From the NCBI GenBank assembly GCA_038734945.1, contig JAVYOA010000009.1, forward strand, positions 62,001 to 126,000: a stretch of 64,000 nucleotides of DNA. Direction: 5' to 3'. The stretch is from Fervidicoccaceae archaeon. GTDB lineage: Archaea; Thermoproteota; Thermoprotei_A; Sulfolobales; Fervidicoccaceae. The position numbers and the translations under genes are program-made. The number at the start of each line of letters is the position of its first letter. Position 1 is the stretch's first letter. The notes beneath the pieces are model-generated. The model saw only the letters and a list, made by a program, of their open reading frames with translations. It made no database searches and was not told where the DNA came from. Of this stretch, positions 20,709 through 30,171 are shown one piece after another.

Positions 20709-21230
20709 CTAGGGAGAGAGCCTTTCCTCTTCAGGACCGAACCTATCTCTTATTCTCTCTTCAAGCAGCTTCGCCCACTGCGGCAGCTCTATTTCTTTTA
20801 TCTGCCTACCATGGTCATAGGGCTTTATGTCAAGAACCGGGGTGCCATCGCTCAGATCCAATCCACTGACAAAGAGCTTGTTTCCTTCCACCCGAATTAA
20901 CCTGACAATGCTCAAGCCAATTGGATTTGGCCTTGCTGGACTATCGGAGGCAAAAACCCCCACTTCTGGAATATCGTCTATTCTGATTCCAAACCTCTCG
21001 AGCTTTCTGTGCTTAATTCTCAGAACTTTCCTCTGATCCTCTCCTATTTTGTGAAGAAATGATATGACAATTATATGAGAGAAGCCCTCCAAGTTGAGGA
21101 GACCATCAGAATACTCAGGAAGAATTTCAATATAGCCTTCAACTCCTCTCCACGCTCTTTTCAAAACATCATCATCCTTGCCGTGCCTGACATATCCTAT
21201 TGGCTTGAAGCATATATACGAGAAGCTCAT
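20709..21230 (-). CDS. TsaA/TrmO (YaeB)-family SAM-binding methyltransferase
   Basis: FKPIGYV, LEGFSHI, GVFASDSPARPNPIGLS, GLDLSDGTPVLDIKPY. Confidence 0.9.
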   Translation of the reverse strand: MSFSYICFKPIGYVRHGKDDDVLKRAWRGVEGYIEILPEYSDGLLNLEGFSHIIVISFLHKIGEDQRKVLRIKHRKLERFGIRIDDIPEVGVFASDSPARPNPIGLSIVRLIRVEGNKLFVSGLDLSDGTPVLDIKPYDHGRQIKEIELPQWAKLLEERIRDRFGPEEERLSP

Positions 21231-21316
21231 AGCAACTCCTCTATCAGCATATTCAATTATTAAATGCATAATGATTAAGTATATAAAAATGAAGAATTTT
21301 TTGGGATGTGCTGGTG

Positions 21317-22609
21317 ATGTCTGAGGATGGAGTTAGGATAAGTGGGACTCAAAGAAGGGCACTTATAGCTGGAACAACAGCATTCTTTGGAGGTTTTGCA
21401 GCAGTAGCACTTTTTAACATAACAGCAAAGACCCTTTCCGAGACACTGAACCTATCTCTCCTGCAAATAGGATGGCTTGTAGCCATACCAACACTGACAG
21501 GCTCACTAATGAGGATTCCATTTGGAGCGATGGTTGATCGATATGGAGGAAGAAGGATTATTTTACTTCAGCTACTTCTTGCACTTATAGGTATGATAGG
21601 GCTTCTCCTTTCCATCGGAGCTATAATGAATAGATCAATCACATCAAGCACTCTTGGATATGCTCTGCTCATGTTTTTCGGCGCCGTTGCAGGAATAGGA
21701 ATCTCAGTCTTCTCCTCTGGAATAGCCTATGTATCCTACTGGTTTCCTCAGAGAAAGCAGGGATATGCACTCGGCTTCTATGCAGGAATAGGAAACACGG
21801 CCCCGGGAATATTTACTGGGATTCTCCCATATGCTGTAGCATCCTTGGGCTTGCTGGGCTCATATGCTGCCTGGATGCTCATACTAATCGTTGTGATTCT
21901 TATCTTCTTCTTCACTGGTAAGGATCCCTACTATTTCCAGCTTCTTAAGAAATACAACAGAGAGAGAGCAATAGAGGAAGCTAGGAAGCTTGGGCAGGAG
22001 CTCATCCCCACTGGTTCAGCAAGAGAGAGCCTCATGAAGGCCTCAAAGCTTTTCAGAACTTGGATATTTGTGATACTGTACTTCACTTCCTTCGGAGGAT
22101 TTCTTGCCCTAACATCTTGGCTTCCAACATACTGGCAGAAGCTCTTCTCTCTCCCCTCTAGCCAGGCAGGGCTGATCTCAGGGATCCTCTTCTCACTCCT
22201 CGCATCCCTCATAAGAGTAGCAGGCGGATGGACCAGCGATAGAGCTGGAGGAGAGAGGGTTGCCGTATTATCCTTCACAGTCATTCTGCTTGGCAGCACG
22301 ATCATGATGTTAAGTGCATCTTTCTCCATATGCCTGGTTGGTATCCTTGTTCTAGCATTTGGAATGGGCTTCGCCAACGCTTCAACATTCAAGATGATTC
22401 CAAAATATGTTCCGGAAGCTATTGGAGGAGCTACTGGGTGGGTTGGAGGTCTAGGAGCTCTTGGAGGCCTCCTTCTTCCTCCCGCAATGGCCTGGTTTGC
22501 TCAAGAGTTTGGAACAAGAGGCTATTCGCTCGGCTTTTCGACTTTTGTAGTTCTAAGTGCTATTTCCCTAATCCTCTCTTTCATGGTGTTCAAACTTGCT
22601 AGAAAGTAG
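21317..22609 (+). CDS. narK: MFS nitrate/nitrite transporter
   Basis: GSLMRIPFG and ASLIRVAGGWTSD conserved Arg motifs, WFPQRKQGYALG, YFTSFGGF; 12 TM; heads the nar cluster. Confidence 0.9.
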   Translation: MSEDGVRISGTQRRALIAGTTAFFGGFAAVALFNITAKTLSETLNLSLLQIGWLVAIPTLTGSLMRIPFGAMVDRYGGRRIILLQLLLALIGMIGLLLSIGAIMNRSITSSTLGYALLMFFGAVAGIGISVFSSGIAYVSYWFPQRKQGYALGFYAGIGNTAPGIFTGILPYAVASLGLLGSYAAWMLILIVVILIFFFTGKDPYYFQLLKKYNRERAIEEARKLGQELIPTGSARESLMKASKLFRTWIFVILYFTSFGGFLALTSWLPTYWQKLFSLPSSQAGLISGILFSLLASLIRVAGGWTSDRAGGERVAVLSFTVILLGSTIMMLSASFSICLVGILVLAFGMGFANASTFKMIPKYVPEAIGGATGWVGGLGALGGLLLPPAMAWFAQEFGTRGYSLGFSTFVVLSAISLILSFMVFKLARK

Positions 22610-23291
22610 CATTTTGGCATCGATTCTCTGGGTCATTTTGCCATATGTAGTCGTAATGACATTCATTATTGGAAATATATACAGATATGTATTTTCACAG
22701 CAGTCATGGTCCTCCAGATCAAGTGAAATATTCGAGGAAAGACTTCTGCGAATTGGTGGACAGCTCTTTCACTACGGCTTGCTGCTTGTCATCTTTGGCC
22801 ACATCCTTGGGCTGTTCATTCCTCCTAGCATTACTGCTGCTTTGGGCATCAGCGATGAGGAGTACCACATGATAGCTATAGCCATGGGCGGAACAGCAGG
22901 AGGAGCAGCACTTCTCGGGAGCTTGATACTTCTTTGGAGAAGACTAGCAGATCCAAGAGTCAGGGCAACCAGCAGCAGCTCAGATACTCTGATTCTTATC
23001 TTAATAGTTCTTACAATGATGTTTGGGGAATTCAACACTGTAGTTTATAGCGCACTGCATGGTCCCTATGACTACAGAAGCACAATTGCTCCCTGGATCA
23101 GATCCCTATTTTACAGCCCAAACCCATCACTAATGACAAGTGTTCCCCTAACATATAAAATCCACATTTTTCTTGCTTACCTTGTCTTTTTCATGTGGCC
23201 TTTCTCCAGGCTAGTTCATGTATGGAGCGTTCCCATATTCTATCTGCGTAGGCCATGGATACTCTACAGGAGGCTGGAGAGATATGAATAG
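22596..23291 (+). CDS. narI: Respiratory nitrate reductase gamma subunit (di-heme cytochrome b)
   Basis: WSSRSSE, LFHYG...GHILG, KIHIF...PFSRLVH heme ligands. Confidence 0.95.
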   Translation: MLESSILASILWVILPYVVVMTFIIGNIYRYVFSQQSWSSRSSEIFEERLLRIGGQLFHYGLLLVIFGHILGLFIPPSITAALGISDEEYHMIAIAMGGTAGGAALLGSLILLWRRLADPRVRATSSSSDTLILILIVLTMMFGEFNTVVYSALHGPYDYRSTIAPWIRSLFYSPNPSLMTSVPLTYKIHIFLAYLVFFMWPFSRLVHVWSVPIFYLRRPWILYRRLERYE

Positions 23292-26200
23292 AGGGAATCC
23301 AATTGAGGAAGCTAAGAGGCAGCTTTTCCCAAAGGAGAGAATTGGCGAGTGGATAGAGATAGATAGAGCTGGAAGGGAGTGGGAGGAGCTCTATAGAAGA
23401 AGGTGGCAGCATGACAATGTAGTAAGATCTACGCATGGGGTTAACTGCACGGGATCATGCAGCTGGAAGATCTACGTGAAGGATGGATTGGTAGTATGGG
23501 AGCACCAGGCAACTGATTATCCGTCCAATTCCCCAGAGCTCCCCGACTATGAGCCAAGAGGATGTCCAAGAGGAGCGTCTTTCTCTTGGTATCTATACAG
23601 CCCGCTTAGAATAAAGCACCCCTATGTTAGGAGCGCATTGCTAAGGGCCTGGAGAGAGGAACTTTCGAGAACAAATGATCCGGTTCTGGCTTGGGAGAAA
23701 ATAGTGGAGAGCGAACATGGAAGGGCGTACAAGTTTGCCAGAGGCAAAGGAGGATTTGTTCGAACATCCTGGGATGAAGCTCTCGAGCTAATCTCAGCTG
23801 CTCTGATATACACCATAAGGAAATATGGACCGGATAGGATATTCGGCTTCACCCCAATCCCAGCAATGTCAATGGTAAGCTATTCCTCCGGATCAAGGTT
23901 CTTGGAGCTAATAGGAGGAGTCATGCTGAGCTTCTATGATTGGTATGCAGATCTTCCACCAGCCTCTCCTCAAGTTTGGGGGGAGCAGACAGACGTACCG
24001 GAGAGCGCTGATTGGCTGAACTCTCTATTCATAATTGTTTGGGGGACAAATTTAGCTATGACCAGGACTCCTGATGCTCACTTCCTCTCTGAGGCGAGAT
24101 ACAGAGGAGCAAAGGTTGCTGTCATCACACCAGATTACACCGACGTCACGAAGTTCGCAGACATATGGCTCTCTCCTAGGCCGGGAACTGATGGGGCCAT
24201 GGCCATGGCTATGTTGCATGTGATTTTGAATGAATTCTACGTGAAGAAAAGCACTCCCTACTTCATTGATTATGTGAAAAAATTTACAGATCTCCCATTC
24301 CTAGTAGTTTTGGAAAGGGAAAATGGTCAATATAGGACAGGGAGATTTCTCAGAGCTTCCGATATAGGAATTAATACCGAGAATGCGGAGTGGAAAACAG
24401 TCGTACTGAACTCAGAAGGAGGAGAGCTCTCAGTACCAAACGGAAGCATTGGATTCAGGTGGGGAAAGGAGAAAAAATGGAATTTGAGAATGGAGGACTC
24501 GCTAACAGGCAAGAAAATCGACCCCTATCTAACTCTCCTCGGCAATCACGATGAGATAGTTCAGGTGAGCTTTCCAGTCCTAGGAAAGGAAGCTATTAGA
24601 GGTGTTCCAGCGAGGAAGATCAGAGCGAGCGGGGGTGAGTTCCTCGTTACAACAGTTTTTGATCTTCTAGTAGCTCACGCTGGTGTATCGAGAGGATTGC
24701 CTGGGGACTATCCAGAATCCTACGATGATCCAAAACCATTTACTCCTGCTTGGCAGGAGGAAATAACAGGTGTCAGCAGAAAAGCTATTCAGCAGTTAGC
24801 CATCGAGTTCGCAGAGACGGCTGAGAAAACAAAGGGAAGCTCGATGGTAATAATAGGTCCTGGAGTTAACCACTGGTTCCATTCAGATCTGACTTACAGG
24901 GCAATAATATCCATGCTCATCCTCCTTGGAACTGTGGGAAAGAGAGGAGGAGGGCTTGCCCACTATGTTGGGCAAGAGAAAGTGAGACCGATTGATTCCT
25001 GGTCTCTGCTTGCTTTTGCTCTTGATTGGCAGAGACCCCCCAGACAGCAGAACACAACCTCCTGGATGTACATACATTCTGACCAATACAGATTCGAGGA
25101 CCTCAGCGCAAAAACGCTGAGCCCAAGGGCGAGATACGAGCATCCTGGAGATTACATAGTCGAGGCAGTAAAAAGAGGGTGGCTTCCCTTCTATCCTCAA
25201 TTCACCGAGAATCCAATTGAGCTTTACAAAAAGCTCAGCAATGAGGGTAAGCTGAAAGACGAGGAAATAAGGAAAATAGCAGCAGAAATGATAGATAAAG
25301 GAGAGCTGAAGTTTTCTGTGGAAGATCCAGATCACCCTGCTTCCTTTCCCCGCATTCTTTTTATCTGGAGAGCTAATCTGCTAGCTTCAAGCGGAAAGGG
25401 GCACGAATACATACTGAAGCACTTGGTTGGTGCTGAGAGCTCGCTGTCTGCCAAGGAAAGCGACGTTAGGCCAAACCTTATTGCTATGAGGGAACCTATA
25501 CCCGAGGGGAAGCTCGATCTAATTATCACTCTCGACTTCAGGATGAGCACCAGTGCCATTTACTCAGACATAATCCTTCCAGCAGCAACATGGTATGAGA
25601 AGAACGATCTGAGCACAACAGATCTCCATCCATTCATTCATCCATTCAATCAAGCAGTCCCTCCTGCATGGGAATCAAGAAGCGACTGGGACATATTTGT
25701 ATCACTATCAAAGAAGTTCACAGAATTAGCGTGCTCTAGGCTAGGAAAGGTGAAGGAAATTGTTCTCGTTTCTCAGCTTCATGACACGCCTGGAGAGCTG
25801 AGCGGAGAAGGGTCAAAGCCTTCCATATCAATTGTGGAGAGGGACTATTGCGATGTGCACCATAGAATGACATCTCTTGGACCTCTAGCCTCAAAATCTA
25901 TAGGAGCCAAGGGCATTTCGTGGAGCTCGGAGGAAGAATATTCAGAGCTCGTATTAATAAATGGAGCAGATGATCATGGTCATCCATTAATTGATAATGA
26001 CAGGAAGGCTGCGGAAGCTATATTGCATCTATCGAGTGTTACTAATGGAAGAGCATCACTGAAAGCCTTCAGAGCTCTCTCTGAAGCTACAGGCATTACA
26101 TTCGATGATATGGAAATCGATGCATCAAGAAGAACAAGCTTCACGGACTTGGCTTCTCAGCCAAGGAGGGTTCTAACTTCCCCCATATGGAGCGGGAAAG

Positions 26201-26820
26201 AAAAAGGTACTTATTCCCCCTTCACTCTCAACGTGGAGAATTCGGTTCCATTCAGGACGCTGACTGGCAGACAGCATATCTACATTGATCATCCCCTGTT
26301 TATTGAGTTCGAAGAACAGCTCCCGACCTACAAGCCACCTGTGTCTTTTGCCCCATTCCAAAAAGGAGAAGGCGAGGGGAAGATCGGTCTAGTGCTGAGA
26401 TATTTAACTCCGCATGGAAAGTGGCAGATTCACTCTACCTTCATGGATAACCTCTTCATGCTAACTCTATTCAGAGGAGGGCCGGTCATCTGGATAAGCA
26501 GGCATGATGCAGAGGCTCTCGGTGTGAAGGATAACGAATGGGTTGAGGCATCGAACAGAAACGGATCAATTGTAGCGAGAGCTGTTGTGAGCGATAGAAT
26601 ACCAAAGGGAGTGGCTATAATGTATCATGCTCAGGAGAGAACAATATCCGCAGGAAAAGATCCATCGGGCACTCACAACAGTCCAACTAGAACAAGAATA
26701 AAGCCAACGCTCCTTGCGGGGGGATATGCCCAGATAAGTTGGGCATTCAATTACTATGGTCCAACCGGAACTCAGAGAGATGAGCTAATACTTCTTAGAA
26801 AAGTAGGTGAGCAAAAATGA
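23284..26820 (+). CDS. narG: Respiratory nitrate reductase alpha subunit
   Basis: STHGVNCTGSC...EPRGCPRG FS0 motif, YDWYADLPP Mo-ligand Asp, TPHGKWQIHS; start at ATG 23284 overlapping the narI stop; no twin-arginine signal. Confidence 0.97.
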   Translation: MNRGNPIEEAKRQLFPKERIGEWIEIDRAGREWEELYRRRWQHDNVVRSTHGVNCTGSCSWKIYVKDGLVVWEHQATDYPSNSPELPDYEPRGCPRGASFSWYLYSPLRIKHPYVRSALLRAWREELSRTNDPVLAWEKIVESEHGRAYKFARGKGGFVRTSWDEALELISAALIYTIRKYGPDRIFGFTPIPAMSMVSYSSGSRFLELIGGVMLSFYDWYADLPPASPQVWGEQTDVPESADWLNSLFIIVWGTNLAMTRTPDAHFLSEARYRGAKVAVITPDYTDVTKFADIWLSPRPGTDGAMAMAMLHVILNEFYVKKSTPYFIDYVKKFTDLPFLVVLERENGQYRTGRFLRASDIGINTENAEWKTVVLNSEGGELSVPNGSIGFRWGKEKKWNLRMEDSLTGKKIDPYLTLLGNHDEIVQVSFPVLGKEAIRGVPARKIRASGGEFLVTTVFDLLVAHAGVSRGLPGDYPESYDDPKPFTPAWQEEITGVSRKAIQQLAIEFAETAEKTKGSSMVIIGPGVNHWFHSDLTYRAIISMLILLGTVGKRGGGLAHYVGQEKVRPIDSWSLLAFALDWQRPPRQQNTTSWMYIHSDQYRFEDLSAKTLSPRARYEHPGDYIVEAVKRGWLPFYPQFTENPIELYKKLSNEGKLKDEEIRKIAAEMIDKGELKFSVEDPDHPASFPRILFIWRANLLASSGKGHEYILKHLVGAESSLSAKESDVRPNLIAMREPIPEGKLDLIITLDFRMSTSAIYSDIILPAATWYEKNDLSTTDLHPFIHPFNQAVPPAWESRSDWDIFVSLSKKFTELACSRLGKVKEIVLVSQLHDTPGELSGEGSKPSISIVERDYCDVHHRMTSLGPLASKSIGAKGISWSSEEEYSELVLINGADDHGHPLIDNDRKAAEAILHLSSVTNGRASLKAFRALSEATGITFDDMEIDASRRTSFTDLASQPRRVLTSPIWSGKEKGTYSPFTLNVENSVPFRTLTGRQHIYIDHPLFIEFEEQLPTYKPPVSFAPFQKGEGEGKIGLVLRYLTPHGKWQIHSTFMDNLFMLTLFRGGPVIWISRHDAEALGVKDNEWVEASNRNGSIVARAVVSDRIPKGVAIMYHAQERTISAGKDPSGTHNSPTRTRIKPTLLAGGYAQISWAFNYYGPTGTQRDELILLRKVGEQK

Positions 26821-28247
26821 AAGTGAGAGCTCAAATATCGATGGTTATGAACCTGGACAAGTGTCTTGGCTGTCATACATGCAGCGTAACATGTAAGACA
26901 ACATGGACGAACAGAAGGGGAGCAGAGTATATGTGGTGGAACAATGTAGAGACAAGGCCAGGAGTGGGGTACCCACAGAAATGGGAAGATCAGGAGAAAT
27001 GGAAGGGGGGATGGAAGCTCGAAAATGGAGATCTCAAGCTCAGAGTAGGTGGAAGGACATCAAGGCTCCTCAGGATATTCTACAATCCTTGGATGCCTAG
27101 CATTGATGACTACTATGAGCCGTGGAGCTATACATACGAAAAACTCATAGAAGCGAAGGAAAATGAGAAGCCTCTCGCTGAGGTCAGATCCTCTATAACT
27201 CAGAAGCCTCTTACTTTGGAGAGAGGTCCAAATTGGGATGACGATCTGGCAGGATCACCCAAATTTGCATCTTCTGACCCAAATTTGGAGGAAGGTATGA
27301 GGCTGGAGTACGAAAGAATCTTCATGTTCTATCTTCCAAGAATATGCAATCACTGCCTCAATCCCTCCTGCGTAGCAGCCTGCCCTTCTGGTGCTATGTA
27401 CAAGAGAGAGGAAGACGGTATAGTTCTCGTGGATCAGAGCAGGTGTAGAGGATGGAGATACTGCATCTCAGCATGTCCATACAAAAAGGTCTACTATAAC
27501 TGGAACACACATAAGGCGGAGAAATGCATACTTTGCTATCCAAGAATAGAGACAGGCCTCCCCACTGTTTGTGCTGAGACCTGTGTTGGGAGAATGAGGT
27601 ACATGGGGCTTCTCTTATATGATGCAGAGAGAATAAGGGAGGCAGCTTCTGCAGAGGAAAGCGCTCTCCTGAAATCGCAACTGAGCATAATCCTTGATCC
27701 TAACGACCCGAAGATAGAAGAGGAAGCACTAAATCAAGGCATTTGGAAAGACTGGTTGGAATCTGCTAAAAAATCTCCAGTATTCAAGATGGTAAAAGAG
27801 TGGAAAATCGCCTTTCCCCTTCATCCTGAGTACAGAACGCTTCCAATGGTATTCTATATTCCTCCACTGAGCCCAATTCTCAGGATTTTCGAAGGAGAAG
27901 AGCTTGGAGAGCTCGAACCAGAGGACATTTTCCCAAATGTTAGGAATATGAGAATCCCAGTTGCCTATTTAGCAAAGATGTTCGCAGCAGGTGATGAGGA
28001 TTCTGTTCGCAAAGCAATCGAGAAATTGATCGCCGTAAGAGCATATATGAGGAGCATCTCTCTTGGGAGACCAAACCTGAATGTGCTAAGTGAGGTCGGG
28101 CTAAGTGAGAAAGATGCGAGAGAGATGTACAGGCTTTTGGCAGTTGCTAAATACGAAGATAGATTTGTTGTACCAAAGGCTCACAGAGAACAGTCACTGA
28201 AAGCATCAATTGAGCAGGGGTATGCTGGATTAGATGAGCTGAGGTAG
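26817..28247 (+). CDS. narH: Respiratory nitrate reductase beta subunit
   Basis: NLDKCLGCHTCSVTCK, CNHCLNPSCVAACP, CRGWRYCISACP, CILCYPR...CAETCVG. Confidence 0.97.
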   Translation: MKVRAQISMVMNLDKCLGCHTCSVTCKTTWTNRRGAEYMWWNNVETRPGVGYPQKWEDQEKWKGGWKLENGDLKLRVGGRTSRLLRIFYNPWMPSIDDYYEPWSYTYEKLIEAKENEKPLAEVRSSITQKPLTLERGPNWDDDLAGSPKFASSDPNLEEGMRLEYERIFMFYLPRICNHCLNPSCVAACPSGAMYKREEDGIVLVDQSRCRGWRYCISACPYKKVYYNWNTHKAEKCILCYPRIETGLPTVCAETCVGRMRYMGLLLYDAERIREAASAEESALLKSQLSIILDPNDPKIEEEALNQGIWKDWLESAKKSPVFKMVKEWKIAFPLHPEYRTLPMVFYIPPLSPILRIFEGEELGELEPEDIFPNVRNMRIPVAYLAKMFAAGDEDSVRKAIEKLIAVRAYMRSISLGRPNLNVLSEVGLSEKDAREMYRLLAVAKYEDRFVVPKAHREQSLKASIEQGYAGLDELR

Positions 28248-28252
28248 TTGGA

Positions 28253-28795
28253 TTGAAGCAAGAATTTGAGGATAGCTTTAGGTTCTTTGAAGTCGTGGGA
28301 AAGCTCCTGGAATATCCTGATACTGCCTTTTTTGAGTCAATCCATGAAGCAGAAAAAGCAATAGGAAAATTCCCAAGCAGAACCACGATACTGGAGAAAA
28401 TTGTGCTATTTAGAAAAGAAATTTCAGCACTGGATCTTTATCAGCTGCAAGAGCTCTACTCTAAGACATTTGACTTCTCAGCAGATTCTACGCTGAATAT
28501 ATCGTATTATTTTTCTGGAGATTCCAATGATAGAGGAAGAGTACTAGCCTATTTTTCCTCCTTCTATAGGAAAGCAGGAGAAGATCCTCCTAAGGATGAT
28601 TTGCCAGATAGCGTTCCCCATCTTCTCAAGCTAATCTCGCAACATCCAGAGCTGTTCCAGGAGATAGTGGCTCTTCTGGCAGTCTCTCTGCGCAAAATAG
28701 CAGAAGCCCTCAAAGAAAATCCTTATAGGAACGTCATCGAGGCAATAGAAATAGCAATTGAAGATCTAGCATTTAATTGGAAAAAGTGTGCATAG
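28253..28795 (+). CDS. narJ: Nitrate reductase molybdenum cofactor assembly chaperone
   Basis: LLEYP, LQELYSKTFDF, RGRVL, DLPD; position after narH. Confidence 0.88.
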   Translation: MKQEFEDSFRFFEVVGKLLEYPDTAFFESIHEAEKAIGKFPSRTTILEKIVLFRKEISALDLYQLQELYSKTFDFSADSTLNISYYFSGDSNDRGRVLAYFSSFYRKAGEDPPKDDLPDSVPHLLKLISQHPELFQEIVALLAVSLRKIAEALKENPYRNVIEAIEIAIEDLAFNWKKCA

Positions 28796-28878
28796 AAAAT
28801 TATTAACATAATCAAGCCAAATGGAAAAAGGCTTTAATCAACGAAAGCAACAGTTATAATGGGTTTGGTGCGAACCCA

Positions 28879-29043
28879 TTGAAGTGGATCCCCAAATATG
28901 CTAGAAGGAAGACCAGAGCAATGCTCAGAAGCGGTGAGAAGCTGCACGTAGGCTACAGATATGAAATAAGGATCGACGATAGAACCAACCTGATATACAT
29001 ATATGATAAGAAGACCAGAAAGAAGCATGTATTTCTCAAATAG
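28879..29043 (+). CDS. Small highly basic hypothetical protein (54 aa), below ORF-track cutoff
   Basis: MKWIPKYARRKTRAMLRSGEKLHVGYRYEIRIDDRTNLIYIYDKKTRKKHVFLK*; TTG start 7 nt after GGTGC; TTTAAT box upstream. Confidence 0.65.
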   Translation: MKWIPKYARRKTRAMLRSGEKLHVGYRYEIRIDDRTNLIYIYDKKTRKKHVFLK

Positions 29044-29068
29044 CTATTATGCTACAGGGGGATAAGAA

Positions 29069-29953
29069 ATTAGCAAATCTATCTATCCATTTTCGATTTT
29101 CGATCCATGGAATGGAGAACTCTGCACATGTCCCAGAAAGTACTCACTTAATCCATATACAGGTTGCTCTTTTTCCTGCCTTTACTGCTATGCCAAGAGC
29201 TACATAGGCAAAAAACCCAGCATACCAAAGAGAAACTTCATTCTTCTCCTGGAGAGGGCCGTTCCGAAGCTGGATTATAGACTTCCAGTGAACTTAGGCA
29301 CAAGCAGCGATCCCTATCCAAAAGAGGAGGAAGCTTATGAATTGACCAGAGCTTCTCTGAAAATACTCGTCGAAAACAAGTTCAGGGTGCTAATAACTAC
29401 AAAGGGAGGAAAGCTAATGCTCAGAGACTTAGACATAATGCTTAGAGGGAAGATCGCTGTAACGCCTACGGTTACAACCATGAGAAGTGAAATTGCCAGG
29501 AAAATCGAGCCTGGTGCTCCCGATCCATCGGAGAGAGTCGAAGCTATGAAAGCTCTGAGCTCAAAAGGGGTGCCCGTGGGGGCAAGGATAGATCCTATAA
29601 TACCTGGAATCAACGATGATGAGGAGGAGCTGAGGGAGCTTGTAGATATCTTGGCAAGCGCCGGAGCAAGACTCATAATAACTTCTACATACAAGGCAAA
29701 GCAGCTTGATTTCAGAGATCTAGCAGAGGCGTTTCCTGAAATGGAAAATAAATGGAGAAAAATATACTTTGAGGAAGGGGAGAGAATAGGTCCATATAGG
29801 TACTTGAGAAGGGAGATTAGGGAAAAGATGCTGATGCCTGTGGTTCAAGAAGCAAGAAGGCTAGGACTTGAGTACGCTACATGCAGGGAGGGGCTTACTG
29901 CAAGAGAATTCTTCAATTCTAGATCTTGCGATGGGACGCATTTAGCTGAATAA
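29069..29953 (+). CDS. Radical SAM protein (SPL-like archaeal family), apparent ATT start
   Basis: Frame open from 29066 with FDPWNGELCTCPRKYSLNPYTGCSFSCLYCY (CxxxCxxC) upstream of the track start at 29288; SSDPY, ITTKG, RIDPIIPG. Confidence 0.85.
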   Translation: MSKSIYPFSIFDPWNGELCTCPRKYSLNPYTGCSFSCLYCYAKSYIGKKPSIPKRNFILLLERAVPKLDYRLPVNLGTSSDPYPKEEEAYELTRASLKILVENKFRVLITTKGGKLMLRDLDIMLRGKIAVTPTVTTMRSEIARKIEPGAPDPSERVEAMKALSSKGVPVGARIDPIIPGINDDEEELRELVDILASAGARLIITSTYKAKQLDFRDLAEAFPEMENKWRKIYFEEGERIGPYRYLRREIREKMLMPVVQEARRLGLEYATCREGLTAREFFNSRSCDGTHLAE

Positions 29954-29997
29954 AAAGTTTTAACTCTTTGTGAGAAAGATTCTCCGCGGTGCTTGAG

Positions 29998-30171
29998 ATG
30001 ACAGAAGAGAAAAAGGAATGGGTCGAGAAAAAGCTGGCGAAGCTTGATGAGGAATATGAGAGCGGAAAGAGGAGAATAGAGGAGAGAGGCTCCCAGCTCG
30101 TTAGGGAGTTGGAGGAGAAATTGAAGGAAAGGGAAAGGGTTCTGCTCAATGAAATCAGGAAAGAAAAGTAA
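29998..30171 (+). CDS. Small charged coiled-coil hypothetical protein
   Basis: E/K/R-rich helical 57-aa ORF with GGTGC SD, first gene of a co-oriented run. Confidence 0.55.
   Translation: MTEEKKEWVEKKLAKLDEEYESGKRRIEERGSQLVRELEEKLKERERVLLNEIRKEK

Noticed and set aside
23218..23283. N-terminal extension of NarG given in the ORF track
   Set aside because: Lies inside narI and has no Tat features; ATG 23284 after GGAGA fits better
28834..29028. 64-aa minus-strand ORF in the track
   Set aside because: Antisense shadow of the better supported plus-strand ORF 28879-29043
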